A DNA stretch of 64,000 nt, from assembly GCF_018350175.1 (NCBI RefSeq), contig NC_058383.1:248001-312000 (forward strand), read 5' to 3'. Positions 49,190 through 62,184 of the stretch are shown one piece after another. A program made the position numbers and the translations under genes. The notes beneath the pieces are model-generated. The model saw only the letters and a program-made list of their open reading frames with translations, ran no database searches and was not told the origin of the DNA. How positions within the stretch are numbered: position 1 is the first letter of the stretch; each line of letters begins with the position of its first letter. Origin of the DNA: Felis catus (lineage: Eukaryota).

Positions 49190-51900
49190 CTCAGTTTATT
49201 TTTTCCATCAGTTTTTGTGGTCTTCAGCATATAGATCCTATTTATATATGATTTATTCCTAAGTATGTTATGATTTAGAAATTTAGAGTTTAGAAATGTC
49301 AATTTCTAATCATTTATTGGTAGTGTATAGAAAAACAAATGATTTCTATATGCTGACTTTGTATCCTATGACCTTGTTACACTCATTTATGAGTTCTAGT
49401 AGCCTTTTTAGCTGTTTGTATTTTTTAGTACTTTATACTAGATATCATGCCGTCGATGGAAAAAGTTTTATTTCTTCCTTTTCAATCTGTTCCCCTTTTA
49501 TTTATTTGTCTTGCTATTTCACACTTGCTAAGAACTGCAGCATGATGTTGGATGAAGAAATGAGAATGGATATCTTCCCCCTGGTCCTGATTCTCAAAGA
49601 AGGCATTTAATCTTTTGCTATTGATGTTAGCTGTCGGTTTTTTGTAGATGCCTATATCATTTTAAAGAAATTCTATGTCTACTTCTCTGGACTTCATTTT
49701 ATTATGAATAGATGTAGAATTTTTTTGAATGTGTTTTCTATGTGCCATGTTCTTTTTTGTTTTTAACCTGCCGATATAATGGAAGTGGATTGCATTATTT
49801 CACTTTTTGTCCCACTGGCTTCTATTTTTAGTCGTTTCTCCAGAGTTCACAATATCCATCTTTAACTTTTCAGATGCCGCTTACAATTAACATTTTACCG
49901 TTTCCGGTGAGATGTAGACATATTGCGGCCATCTTGGCCACACCTCCCCCCCTTCATGCTGCAGCGTGCAATAATACATCTACACACCTTACAAAGCTCA
50001 GAAGAAATATTACAGTTTTATCTGAAGACTTAATTTTTCTAGAGCAGTTCGGGGTTTACAGCAATATTCAGAGTAAGGTACTGAGATTTCTCATATGCCC
50101 CCTGCCCCCACACACGCACAGCCTCCTCTGTTATGAGCATCCCCCGCCAGAGAGGTACCTGTCCTCACATATCACACTCACCCACAGTTCACGGTTTACT
50201 CTCGGTGCTGTACGTTCTCTGAGTTTGGACAAACGTACAACACACAGGCATCCATGGTTATAGCACCACACAGAGCAGTTTCCGTGCCCCAGAGATCCCG
50301 AGCTTCACCTGTTCCTCCCTCCACACCCCCAATGATATCATAGGTTTTACTTTACAGAAGTTAGGAGGAAGAAGCAAAATGAAATGAGTAGCCTTTTACA
50401 TTTACCTATATGTTTATCATTTCTGAGGCTATTTATTCTATTCTGAGGATCTAAGTTTCCTTTTTCTGGTATAATTTCCTTTATCCTAAAGAACTTCCTT
50501 TAACTGTGAGGATTTTTGGTGATAATTTCTCTACGTTTTTTAAAATCTGAAAAAGTTCTATTTCAACAGTCACTCTTTAAGGATATTTTTACTTGATATA
50601 AGGGAGATACAGAAGAATATAAAGGATATGGGGAAACATTGAGGACACAAAGGGTATAAGGGGACATAAGGGACATAGGAGATATGGGGAACATAGCAGA
50701 TATAGGGGCACACAGTAGATACAGGGTGACATAGGACAAATAGGGGCACGTAGTAGATATAGGATGACATAGGAGATACGGGGGACATAGGAGTATAGGG
50801 TGACAGGGGACAGAAGGGGACACAGGGGACATAGGGGGATATAGGGGACATAGGGCACATAGTAGATATGGGGGACATGGGAGAAATAGGGGTACATAGT
50901 AGATATAGGGGGACATAGGGGATATGGGGGGACATAGGGGTATAGGGTGACAGAGGACATAGGGGAACATAGGGGCATGTAGGGGGATATAGGGAGACAT
51001 ATGGGATATAGGGGATATAAGAGATATAGGAAGACATAGAAATAGGGGGACATAGGGGTATAGGGTGACAGGGGATATAGGGGGACATAGAAATAGGGGG
51101 ACATAGGGGCATAGGGTGACAGGGGATATAGGGGGACATAGGGGAATGTAGGAGATATGGGGAACATAGGGGGATATAGGGGACACGGGAGATTTAAGGG
51201 GACATAGGGGCACATAGGGGAATGTAGGAGATATAGAGGGACATATGGGATACAGGGGACACAGGGGACATAGGAGATATAGGGGGACATATGGGACATA
51301 CCGGGAAAACAGAAGATACAGGGTTCTAGATTGAAAGGTCTTTTGTTTGTTTTCTGCACCTCAACTCTCATTTGTCATTCTCTTCTGATCCCCACAGAGT
51401 CTAATAAGAGGTTGGCTGTTGACCAAAGCATTATTTCCCTCTAGGTAAAGTGCCACTTTTCCTCTTTTGCTTTCAATATTTGCTTTGGGGCATTGCTGAC
51501 CATCTGTTCGATCCTGCTGTGTCTGTGGCAGTGTCCTTATTCTGCTTGGCACGATCTGTCTTCCCGCACGTGGATGGGTCCAGCCACGATGCCTTCAAAT
51601 ATTTTGGTCTGTCGTCCCCCTCTCCTCTCCTCCTTTGAAGCCACCGGTCTTCTTGAGGGCGCCTGCGACTCTGTTATCTTCCTATCCTTTTCGCGGCTCT
51701 TTTTCACATCAGACCATTTCTGCTGCTCTATTCATCATTTACTCTGTCGCCTCCGTGGAGCCGTCAAGTCCATGTCATGAACTTGCTATTTCTGATATCG
51801 TCCTGTTGAATTCTAAATTTTTGCAATTGTTCAGACTTTCCTGCCAACATTTCTGACTTTTTCATTTTTTACAGGCATACTTATTTGTCTTCAGTGAAGA
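49190..51900 (-). mobile_element. Patchwork of old minus-strand L1 relics
   Basis: T-rich reverse L1 motifs (TAGTGTATAGAAAAACAAATGATTTC...GTATCCTATGACCTTG; GTTAGCTGTCGGTTTTTTGTAGATGCC; AAGGATATTTTTACTTGATATA); boundaries approximate. Confidence 0.65.
50595..51320 (+). repeat. Degenerate ~9-10 bp purine-rich tandem array (GGGGACATA / GGAGATATA)n
   Basis: Dozens of GGG(G)ACATA/GATATA units; gives rise to the Pro/Tyr-rich minus-strand ORFs. Confidence 0.92.
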
Positions 51901-52996
51901 TATTTATGACAACGGCTTTAAAATCTTTCATACTTCTGTCAGCCAAGACAAAGTTAACAAGGATCAAATTCACCCTTCTTACTATAAAACTAAGAATTGT
52001 GGTGGAGGGAGAGATATATTGAATAGTTATTTTCAGAAAGTGGGCCTCAGGCAGCACCAGACGAAGCCACTGGTACGTGCAGCTGACCAGGTGAGCCCTG
52101 TATTGGGACTGCTGTCTGCAGAGAGAGAGTTCCGGCTTCAGCACAGGGTGGAGAAGCCGGTGATCTCCCTGTGTGAAGGGATGGCCCTGGGAGTCCGGGA
52201 AGGGTAGGTGACTCATGCTTACCTGGAGGACCACGAGAGAAGAAAGAACTGTGGCAGGAGGGAGAGAGCTTTGCAGATTCTCAATGGGTCCCCTTGAGTC
52301 TTCAGCTGAATACTGAACTGTGTGCAAATGTAAGGGAACTACCCAACGGTACACAATAAAATACCAATCGAGAATGAGAGGGAATAACCCGTGAAGCTCA
52401 CGCAGAACCAAGAACGCCTTTGTGTTCCAACCAGGTAACGTGGCTCAGGAAAGCCTCGTAACGCAGAGGAGACCGTGTGGAGTATTCAGAATGGCGTCAC
52501 CCCAGGAGAGGAGCATGATCAGCCCGAGACTGAGGTCACTCCGATCCCATCTCACAGTGCTTAAAATCAAACGTAAATGTACAAGTTGTTTCAAAGTCAC
52601 ACAACTCTATCCCAGGAATAAAGCTCAAGAATGGTTTCAGGAATACAAAACCGTCCAGGAGCCAACAAAGAAAAATATGCAATGTCTATCAGCCAAAGGG
52701 AAATCACCTGGTACAGAAAACAGCAGGAAAACACATCACGTGATGAGAAAAGTCATTGGTTGAAACCGACACACAAATGGCCGATGAAGTGACTCATGGA
52801 CAAAGACGGAATGTCATTACTGTCACCGTATCCTGTGCTCCAGAAGCTATGAGAACATGGATGATGCTCAGCAGAGACAGGGAAGAAATGAAAAAGACCT
52901 AAATCAGACTTTCAGGGATGAATCCTACAGGGTCTGTGATGAAAATTCACCAGATGAGATTAAGAGCAGATCAGGCACTGAGAAAGAGAAATTTAA

Positions 52997-53212
52997 AAAT
53001 TTTTTTCAACATTTTTTATTTATTTTTGGGACAGAGAGAGACAGAGCATGAACGGGCGAGGGGCAGAGAGAGAGGGAGACACAGAATCGGAAACAGGCTC
53101 CAGGCTCTGAGCCATCAGCCCAGAGCCCGACGTGGGGCTCGAACCCACGGACCGCGAGATCGTGACCTGGCTGAAGTCGGACGCTCAACCGACTGCGCCA
53201 CCCAGGCACCCC
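52997..53212 (-). mobile_element. CanSINE (SINEC_Fc-type), young
   Basis: Perfect TSD TGAGAAAGAGAAATTTAA at 52979-52996 and 53215-53232. Confidence 0.95.
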
Positions 53213-53824
53213 AATGAGAAAGAGAAATTTAATGGACTTGAATACATGTAATAGAAACCATCCAAAATGAAATATGGAGAGAAAACAGACCAGAGAAAAT
53301 GAGCAGAAAGTTAACTGGGGGGGGGGGGGGGGGGGGGGGGTGACTTCAAATGGCCTAACATACATGTCATCAGAGTCCCAGAAAGAGAAAGAAAAGAAGA
53401 CAACAGGACAAAATATTTGAAGAAATAATGACTGAAAATCTCCCATATTTGATTTTTAAAAAACTGTAAACCTGCATGTCCAAGATGCTTAATGAACCCT
53501 GAGTCTAAGAGGTCTGAAGGAGGCACATCATAATTAAATTGCTTATAGAGGATTATAACAAGATAATCTTAAGATCAGATAAAGACACATGCTACCCACA
53601 CGAGAAGGAGGGAGAGGTGAGGCAGATTCCTTATCGGAAATGGGGCAACAGGGGGAGGGGACCAAGGCCTGCAAAGCACTGAGAGAAAAGTGTTGATTCA
53701 TGATTCTATGCCCAGCAACAAATGGTAGGAAGAAGGTAAAACAACTTTCTCAGACCTACAGAAGCTACAATAATTCATCATCACCAGCATATCAATACTA
53801 AGAGATGTTAAAGAAAGTCCTTCA

Positions 53825-54046
53825 GGGGCGCCTGGGTGGCTCAGTCGGTTAAGCATCCAACTTCGGCTCAGGTCACAATCTCACGATTCGTGAGTTCGAG
53901 ACCCGCATTGGGCTTTGTGCTGACAGCTCGGAGCCTGGAGCCTGCTTTGGATTCTGTGTCTCCCTCTCTCTCTTCCCCTCCCTGGCTTGTGCACTGATCT
54001 GTCTCTGTCTCCCTCAAAAATAAATAAAACATAAAAAAAAATAAAT
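53825..54046 (+). mobile_element. CanSINE
   Basis: TSD AAAGTCCTTCA at 53814-53824 and 54047-54057. Confidence 0.94.
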
Positions 54047-54295
54047 AAAGTCCTTCAGGCAGAAAGATGATGCTGCACAGAGACCTGATGTGAAGAAAGA
54101 GGTGCATTCTTGGGGGGCGTCTAACACACGAAGGACAAAATGCACGGGGACAGCACCACTGAGGCCCCAGTCAAGGGAAGGAGCTGTGCCGCTGGGAGGT
54201 TACCAAACTGTCATCAAGGGGAGTGATATTACGTGAAAATGGGCAGTGGTAAGTTAAAGCTGTGCATTACAAACCCTAAAGCACGTGTGTGAGCG

Positions 54296-54302
<7 letters not shown>

Positions 54303-54343
<41 letters not shown>
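54303..54343. repeat. (CA)n microsatellite preceded by (GC)n
   Basis: Read directly. Confidence 0.95.
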
Positions 54344-54346
<3 letters not shown>

Positions 54347-54630
54347 TTACAGGGAACCAGCAAAGATATGATTAAATGGAATCATAAAAAATGCTCAAGT
54401 TATTCAAAAGAAGGCAGATTAAGAGGAAAAGGGAAATGAAAACCAGATGGACAGTAACAAAAAATAGCAAGATCATAGATTTAAGGCCGACTCTATTCAA
54501 CAGTAGCATCAGATGAAAATGCTCTACAAACCCCAATCGAAAGGCGTAATTCGAGAGACTGAGTAAGAAAGCAAGACTCAGCTATGTTCTGCCTGCCCCA
54601 TGTCCACTCTAAATAGAAAGACACAAATAA

Positions 54631-54815
54631 GGGGCTCCTGGTGGCCCAGTCGGTTAAGAGTCTGACTCTTGATTTCAGCTCAGGTCATGATCCCAGGGTT
54701 GTGGGATCGAGCCCCGTGTTGGACTCCACACTCGGCGTGGAGGCTGCTTGGGAGTCTCTCTCTCTCCTTCTCTCTCTCTCTGCCCCTCCCTCAAATAAAT
54801 AAATTTTAAAAAAAT
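54631..54815 (+). mobile_element. CanSINE (older type)
   Basis: Head plus CTGACTCTTGATTTCAGCTCAGGTCATGATCCCAGGGTTGTGGGATCGAGCCCC; CT tract. Confidence 0.9.
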
Positions 54816-57514
54816 TAAGAGAGATTGGAAAACCCTACCACTAACGCTAGCTGAAAGAGCTGTAGTAGCTGTGTTATTATGAGATGAAATAGATTTCTGA
54901 CCCAGGGACAAAGAAGGTCCCGGTGCAAGTCCTACAGTGTCACTTGTCAAGGGGACATCACGCCAATGTCTCTGCAGCTAGCCGCCGAGAGTCGTGGTGC
55001 ATGAAGTACAAGCCCCACCTGCTGTCCTAACCCTGGGGCACCCTGGGCTCTCTCTTCGTTCACGTTCCTTTCTCTGAGGAATATGTCCCACTGACTTAGT
55101 CTTTTGCATGTCGGGTGGCGATTTTGAATCACGTCCACATTGTGAATGTGGTCTGGAGGCGGCTCTGGATTCTGTTATTTTTTGCCAGTGCTGTGTCTCA
55201 TTTGGTTCAGCGGGTGGTGATGTCAGCTGCGCTAACTCAGGTCCCTGGGGCCGCAGCTCCAGCGTCCGTTCAGGTCTTGTCCTTGCCCGGCTGCTTCCGG
55301 AATGCCGTGTGCATGCGGTCCGGTCAGGCAGGGGTGCAGATTCCCTGGACATTTCTTCCCCAAACCGCAGTGGCCAAGCTCCGTCAGCCGCATTGATCTC
55401 ATTCTCCGGGCCACAAAGAGCGGCTTTCCCCCTCAGACTGGCTCCCGCACGGCCCAACTGCACGTGGCCCCTGCACGTGGCCCAGCTGGAGGTGGAAAGG
55501 AGCATTCTCTTCTGCGCTGTCTGCTCCTCGGTACCCTCACGAGGCTCCTGTTTGCACTCTGTACAGATTTTCTAGTTGTTTTCTGCGAAGGAGTGAGTGT
55601 GGTGTGATCTTACAAAAACCATCACAGGAAGCAGAAGCAGCAGTTACCCGTCCAATTTTAGAACTGCCTCCGGCATGAACTTCACATCCTCTGGGTCACG
55701 CTTGGGGAAAGTGTCCATTTCATCTGCTTCAAAGTCACATGGCTTCGTGGCACTGATGAGAATACACTGCTGTCTGGTAAGGGACACTGCAGCCTCGTGA
55801 ACAGCCATAGTCCGCTGGTCCAGGGCTGGGGCTGGGGTGGGCACCGCGGGGAGAAGGCAGCGACAGAGGGCACCTGGCAGGCCTCTTCCATTTCAGATTC
55901 CGGGTCTCGGCACAACTTCCAGCTCTGGCCAAGGGGCCGTGCCCCTCTTCCCTTCAACATCAGCCCCTTCCACCCCGACCTGAAGTCTCCGCAGGACCTG
56001 CCTGACTTAGTCTCCCCTCCACCTCGTGGCCGCTCCTTGGCCCAGCCCCGTGCTCAGCTCCTTGCCACCTCTATTCCCCTCCACACCCGGAGGCTTCTCT
56101 AGACGGCACCCCACCCCTCCCCCACTCAGTGCCCCTCACAGGGCTCTCCCTGCTGCCTCCGGACCCAGGTGCAGCCCCTCCGGACCCAGCCCCCACCCCG
56201 CCTCATCCACCAGGACTATCTCAATGTTCCTTCTTCCCCCAAGAAGCCTGTCCTGACTTCCCAGCGTGAGTTAGGGGCCTTCCACTCTCCTTACACTGCC
56301 CTTGTCTTCTTCAGCGCTGAAAGTCTGAGACCCAGGTGAGGCAAGCTTCCCTGTCCCAGCCAGACCCGTCACTGGGGAGGGGCACGGAGGGCCACACGGC
56401 AGCTCTGCCACGGTCAGGGAGAGTGAGAGGGGCCCCATGCTCTGCTTGCCCCGTGCAGCCCTCCACTCGGCCCAGCCTGGCCATCTCTAAAGGAGGCCCC
56501 ACAGACCCCATGGGGTTGTCCAGTGGTCCCACTGAGCTGCCTGGGTGACAGAGTGGGAGGAAGTGAGGAGGGGACCTGGGCCGAGAGCCAAGAGCCTCAG
56601 AGTGTGCTGGCCGTGCCACAGCCGAGGGGCTTCGGGGCCTCAGGACCCACACTCAGAGGGGTGCTGCCACCCCATCACCGATGGGACACCCTGGCTGGGG
56701 TGGCTCAACAGCTTGGCCAGTCACATGGCTCCAGAGTGGGGAGCAGCCAGCCCAGGGGCATGGAGACGCTCCTGGAATGCTGCAAGCTGGGCCTCGGTCC
56801 GACCTCCCCACCCTTCCCATAGGAGCAGCTGTGGGGCCCAAGAGCTCTCTCTCTCATTCCAAACACTCGACTTTGCTCCTGTTTGAAGCTGATGGACCAC
56901 AGCTCAATGCCCCAGGAAACGCTAGGCTTTGTGAGGGTGAGCGGGCCCATCCACCTTGCAGAATAAGTGTGGCACGGAGGTATTCTGTAGACACCTTCGT
57001 TTTACCCAGCCCGTCTGCTGGCTGTGAGTCTCAGGGAGGGAGCAGCACCTCGGCACACCTGACACCCTCCAGATAGTCACAGCCCTTGTCCCCAGTCTCC
57101 AGCCCTGCCTGCTGTTGCCAGTACACTCCCCACCTGCCCCATCCCCCTCCCTCCTACCCCTGCCCCCAGAACCCTGACCCCTGCTCCTCTAGGGCCAGTC
57201 CACAGAGTCACCAGGTCTCTCACCACAGTTCCTGGGCTGTGGCCTTGACTCAGCCTAGCTCTGCTTCTTGACTCATTGCCCTGTGACCTGCTGGAAAAAC
57301 AACAGTATCAGCCGTGGATTAGTCCCCATTCCCCGGGCTTCTTTCTGATACTCTCTGGAAGTCATGTGAAGAGCCCGGAATGTGTGTGTCCATCTTTTCT
57401 TTATTTTCTGAGGAGGGCTGATTTTCAAATCGTAAGTCACGCCTCTTTTGGTCAAATGCAGTGATTTCTCCCAGGTTGCGAAATAAATATATTTATTAAA
57501 AGTAATTCTGCTGT

Positions 57515-57728
57515 GGGGCTGGCTCAGGCGGTTGAGCGTCCGACTTTGGCTCAGGTCATGATCTCACAGTTTGTGGGTTTGAGCCCCTCATCAGGCTCTG
57601 GGCAGACAGCTCTTGAGAGCTGACCTGCTTCAGATTCTGTGTCTCCCTCTCTGTCTGTCCCTTTCCTGCTCACGCTCTCTCTCTCTCTCTCATGCTCAAA
57701 AATAAATAAACACTTAAAAATATTTTTT
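57515..57728 (+). mobile_element. CanSINE
   Basis: SINE body with degenerate head; flanks AAAGTAATTCTGCT and AAATAATTCTGCT. Confidence 0.9.
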
Positions 57729-60700
57729 AAATAATTCTGCTACAATGAAAACAGGGCTGGAGCAGATCTGGCCACAGTTAGTGTCAGTCCCTCACCCCTA
57801 CATGCCAGGCCTGGATTACAGCCAGAGAAAAAAAGAAAGACAAGAGTTGATAGGGAGAATGGGATGGCCAGGTCGGTCCATGCAGATGGCCACTGGGCAG
57901 AGGAGGGAGGAGGAAGGACAAAGACCTCAGTGCGGGGCCCTCGGGTTGGGGGGGGGGGGTGGCAGCCAATCCCCGCGGAGGCCGGCCCGCCTCAGGGCTG
58001 TGCCTCAGGGCTGTGCCCAGATACAGGGGCACCAGCAGCTGTTCTGCTGCACTGACTCCACTGGCAGGAAAACAGACTGGGAAATGGACCTCAGTCAGTG
58101 TCGTCCGGGGACCCCTACTCAAGGCCAGACCTGCAGGCTGTGCCCGCTGCACCCGCTCAGGTGCCCCCGGCCGCAGGGCATCGCCACAGCCCTATTACCA
58201 TAGTGATAATGCAGAGGTGTGATAAAAGCCACCTGTCATTCATAAAACGTGGCGTCGCCTTTTTGCAAAGCCATAAGCCATCCTGGGGCTCAGCCAAGAA
58301 ACGGCCTATAAAATCCTGAGTAATGACCTCAAAGCATACTTTCCAATATAAGGAATATTCTAGGCAGCTGTTTGCAGAATATTTATGTGCAATAACTTTA
58401 CACCCCCCCTGACTTTTAACATGTTCATAGTCTGACTCCCTCCCCCAGCAGCTACCTCCCCCCCCCCCGCCCGCCCACAACCTTAGTAGCAGTAAAGCAT
58501 CCAGAATGTGCCTGACAGTCCTGGGAGCACAGGGCCCTGTCCCCTGGGTGACAAGTGGCAGTGCTGTGCTCAGGTGCAGTGCCCTTTGCCATCGGATGCC
58601 TCGGCATGGCAGGGGCCTAGCAGAATGCCAGCTGTCTTCGGGATCTCCAAGTTACCAGGGAGGAGGAGCTCAGCCCTGTCCTGAATCTGTTCCTACAGTA
58701 ACACTGGGAACAGCAGGTTTTGTCTGGGTTGGACGAGGGTGGGCATCCTCCTTGGCAAGGGCTGGGGGGGTGGGGGGCACCCCTTCCGACCACATGCCCC
58801 AGACAGAGCCTGAGGTGTGCAGAGGACAGGGAGCCTCAGGAGGAGGGCCCACCTGGGGCTTGCACCTGAAGGTCAAGGGATGATGAAGCTGGTGAGTACA
58901 GAGCTTGAACTCCATCCCAGATGGACTCATTCCCAGATCAGCTGTCTTCCCAGAGGAGCCAAGCCTTGCCCGAATGCACTGGGGGAACAAGGGGGGTGGG
59001 CCCATGCCTGCCTCGGACACCGCTCTGTAGCCAGAAGGCAGCTCAGCCTGCTGGTGCCCCGAAGTGCTTTCTCTGCCCACCCTATGTGAGGGTTCCTTCT
59101 GCCTGCGGGCAAGGGGACGCTGCCAGGCTAGCAAAAATGTCTGCATGCTTCACTCTCTTGAGCCACAGCTCCTGGATGAAGGAGCAGGGCCAGTGGCAAC
59201 CCCAAATCCAGACTCAGCTGCCCAGGCCCCACAGTCTGTCCAGGGTGTGTCTCTGGGAAGGAGGGAGCAGTGGTGCCCAGGGCCTTACAGCCTCGGCTCC
59301 CAGGGGCAGAGAAACTGCAGGGTGGTGAGCACAGGCCAAGATGTCTGCCAGCATAAAGACACTGCGGCTGAAATGGGCATCCATAGAACCGATCGGTCAA
59401 ATCTGCAACAGCAAAATCCCCATCAGCTCCTGTCACATGGGCTCAGCGACTTCAGTAATGTTGGGTGCGGGGCTTCACTGCGGGCCCCCAGCAGTGAGGT
59501 GGTGGCCACTACCAAGGGACTATGCTCTCCTGGTTGGCAGGCTGTTGACTGGACAAGTGTGGAAGTAATCGCCCTTCACTTGCCTAAGGTCTCAATCCTT
59601 GAGGGCCTGATTTTGATCCCTTGAGGCCCCTTGAGGGCCTCAGTAACTATTTTAACTGGGGGTAGGGTCCCTGGGTCCCATGCCACGTCAAGCATCACAG
59701 CCACCATGGGAGGTTTTAAGGCAAACTGTGCTATGACCTTGGAGAACGTAGGGCAGGTGCCATTGCAATAGTTAAGATGAGGCCTGTCTATGCGATTCCT
59801 ATTTTATGTTCGTGTTTTACCCAGGTCTGGACCACTTTAACGAGGCCCCAGTCCCACATTCCTGCCCCTAAGCAGGCATTCTGTACCAGGAGCTGGGCAG
59901 GGCTGGCAAGCACAGCAGAGCTGGAGCTGAGCTGGGTACCAGCAAGGGCAGGTCAGGGTCCATGGCACCAGGAGCCAAGCCACAGGTGGCTCTCCACTAC
60001 ACCTGGCCAACTGTGGCCGTATAGTCATTGTGGACTGCTAGCTAAAGCATACGGGCACTGTGCTGGTGAAAATGTTCCAGAATTTACCGTGGCCAGTGGT
60101 TACACGCATTTATGAACACACTAAGACCACAGGAGTCTACCCTCTAAATGGGTGACTTGGGTGCTAGGTGAATCGCAGCTAACCCTTTTGAGTGAACAAA
60201 AGGAAGAAGGAATGAACAAGGAAACTGGAAAAAGGAGCAAATTAGTGAGCACTGCCTGGCGTTGGATGCTGGGGACTGCGGCCAGCACCAGGGCCACCTC
60301 TGTGAGGCTGAGCAGCCTGCCTCACTCGGGGAGCTGTGTCTGCCCTTCTGTGAGACGGCGCTCTTGCCGCCCACAGGCCTGGGGCCGCTCGGGCAAGGGG
60401 ATGTTTTGGAAGCAAACGTGATAACACAATTTCAGTCCGTAGCAGACTGACACATGTTGTCTGGGTGTTTATATATTAGTAAAAGATTTCCTGAACCAAT
60501 GGGCATTTCAGCAACGGTCAGAGACTCCTTCTCAGCTACTGGGAGGGGGTCTGACAGGAAATGGGAACTGTGCTCCTGGGTGAAGGTCACGGCCTCAGCC
60601 TAGATCTGTGGGCCAACCACCCTCTCGGCAGCGGAGGGTTCGCTTGGAGGCCCCTCTCTCTCTCCAAGTGGAAAATGCGATCAGCCTGACGGATGGGCCA

Positions 60701-61487
60701 ATTCTAGACAATCCAAAGGAAGTGGGAGTCTGTGGACTTCATGAGTCATGGGTGACTGAGCCAGGCTGCTCAGGGCCATGGGGCCCTAAGGTCAAGGTCA
60801 TGGTGAAGATGCCCACAGACAGGGGCTCGGGCTCTGATGCTAGTTGCTGGCCAGATGCAAATGGACACAGTGTGGAAAATGCTACTGTGTCCATACACAA
60901 GAATGGGACGTTCCAGGCCCTCGGGGGGAGCCGTGGCAAGAGCCGTGGATCCCGCAGGCATCCCTCTCTCCCTGAACAAAATGAGGAACACCAAAGGAGT
61001 AGATAATACTGACAAGAGACTTCTGCAGGGCCAGCAGAGAAGGAAACATTCCTGTGCAATCAGGGCGCAGGGGGAAACCAGGCCTATTTCCAGGCCTGAT
61101 GCTTCGCATTTGTGCAAAACTGGGTTTTGTATTAGTGCCCGCACGCTGGAGCCAGGAGCCCCCTGACGTTTGCTACCCCACCGCTCCAACATGTGCTGGA
61201 GCCCCTGCCCACGTGGACGGTTGTCTGGGGTGGCCTTGCTCTCAAGGGGTCCCTGGGACAGTGTGCGCTGGTGCGTCCCACCTCGGAGGGGCAACTGGGG
61301 TGCCACCTCATTGTGTCAGAATAACAGCAGGATCTATGTGGCCTCCTCTGCTTTGCAATTGTGAAAACAAGTTCCAGAGCAAGAAAGGGGCTATCCAAGG
61401 TCACAGAGGGGCCTCGCTCAGGTCAGTACTGCAGGCCCCACTGTCAATGTGTTTTCATTTTTTTTTTTTCTCTAAATACACATTTTT

Positions 61488-61658
61488 GGGCACCTGAGTG
61501 GCTCAGTCAGTTAAGCCTCCGACTTCGGCTCAGGTCATCATCTCACAGTATGTGAGTTCGAGCCCCGCGTCGAGCTCTGTGCTGACAGCTCAGAGCCTGG
61601 AGCCTGCTTCAGGTCCTGTGTCTCCCTCTCTCTCTGCCCCTCCCCTACTCATGCTCTG

Positions 61659-61714
<56 letters not shown>

Positions 61715-61954
61715 AAAATTTTTTTAACGTTTATCTATTTTTGAGACAGAGAGAGACAGACCGTGAACAGGGGAGGGGCAGAGAGAGAGGGAGACACAGA
61801 ATCCGAAGCAGGCTCCAGGCTCTGAGCTGTCAGCACAGAGCCCGACGCGGGGCTCGAACCCATGGACTGTGAGATGATGACCTGAGCCAAAGTCGGACGC
61901 TCAACCGACTGAGCCACCCAGGTGCCCCCATTAAAAATTTTTTAATAAAATAAA
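61488..61954. mobile_element. Plus-strand CanSINE with a minus-strand CanSINE (61719-61928) inserted in its tail
   Basis: Outer TSD TAAATACAC(A/G)TTTTT at 61473-61487 and 61955-61969; inner element is the reverse complement. Confidence 0.93.
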
Positions 61955-62184
61955 TAAATACACGTTTTTACTGAGGTGTGGCTTACATACACAAAAGCTT
62001 TATAAAGTGAAAACACGTGTGTACTTTGTACTCAGATCCAGAAATAAAAAAGATCCCATGCACTTACAAGCATCCACTTGCAGACCCGCAGAATCTCGGC
62101 AGCTACACACCCGTGCTGATACTTAGTACTGTCAGTCTTTCCATTTCAGGCACTGGGTTCACTACGTATAGGTATTATAGAACA

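Larger units (their letters stand above)
51930..54900 (+). mobile_element. Degenerate L1 5' region (5'UTR, ORF1, start of ORF2)
   Basis: ORF1-like CCTAACATACATGTCATCAGAGTCCCAGAA...ATATTTGAAGAAATAATGACTGAAAATCTCCCA (NIRIIGVPE...IFEEIMAENFP-like); endonuclease-start-like sequence at ~54510-54630. Confidence 0.72.

Noticed and set aside
50563..51371. Pro/Tyr-rich ORFs up to 260 aa
   Set aside because: All three minus frames are open because of the tandem array; artefact.
8836..61928. tRNA-like A/B boxes
   Set aside because: They are CanSINE heads (tRNA-derived), not tRNA genes.
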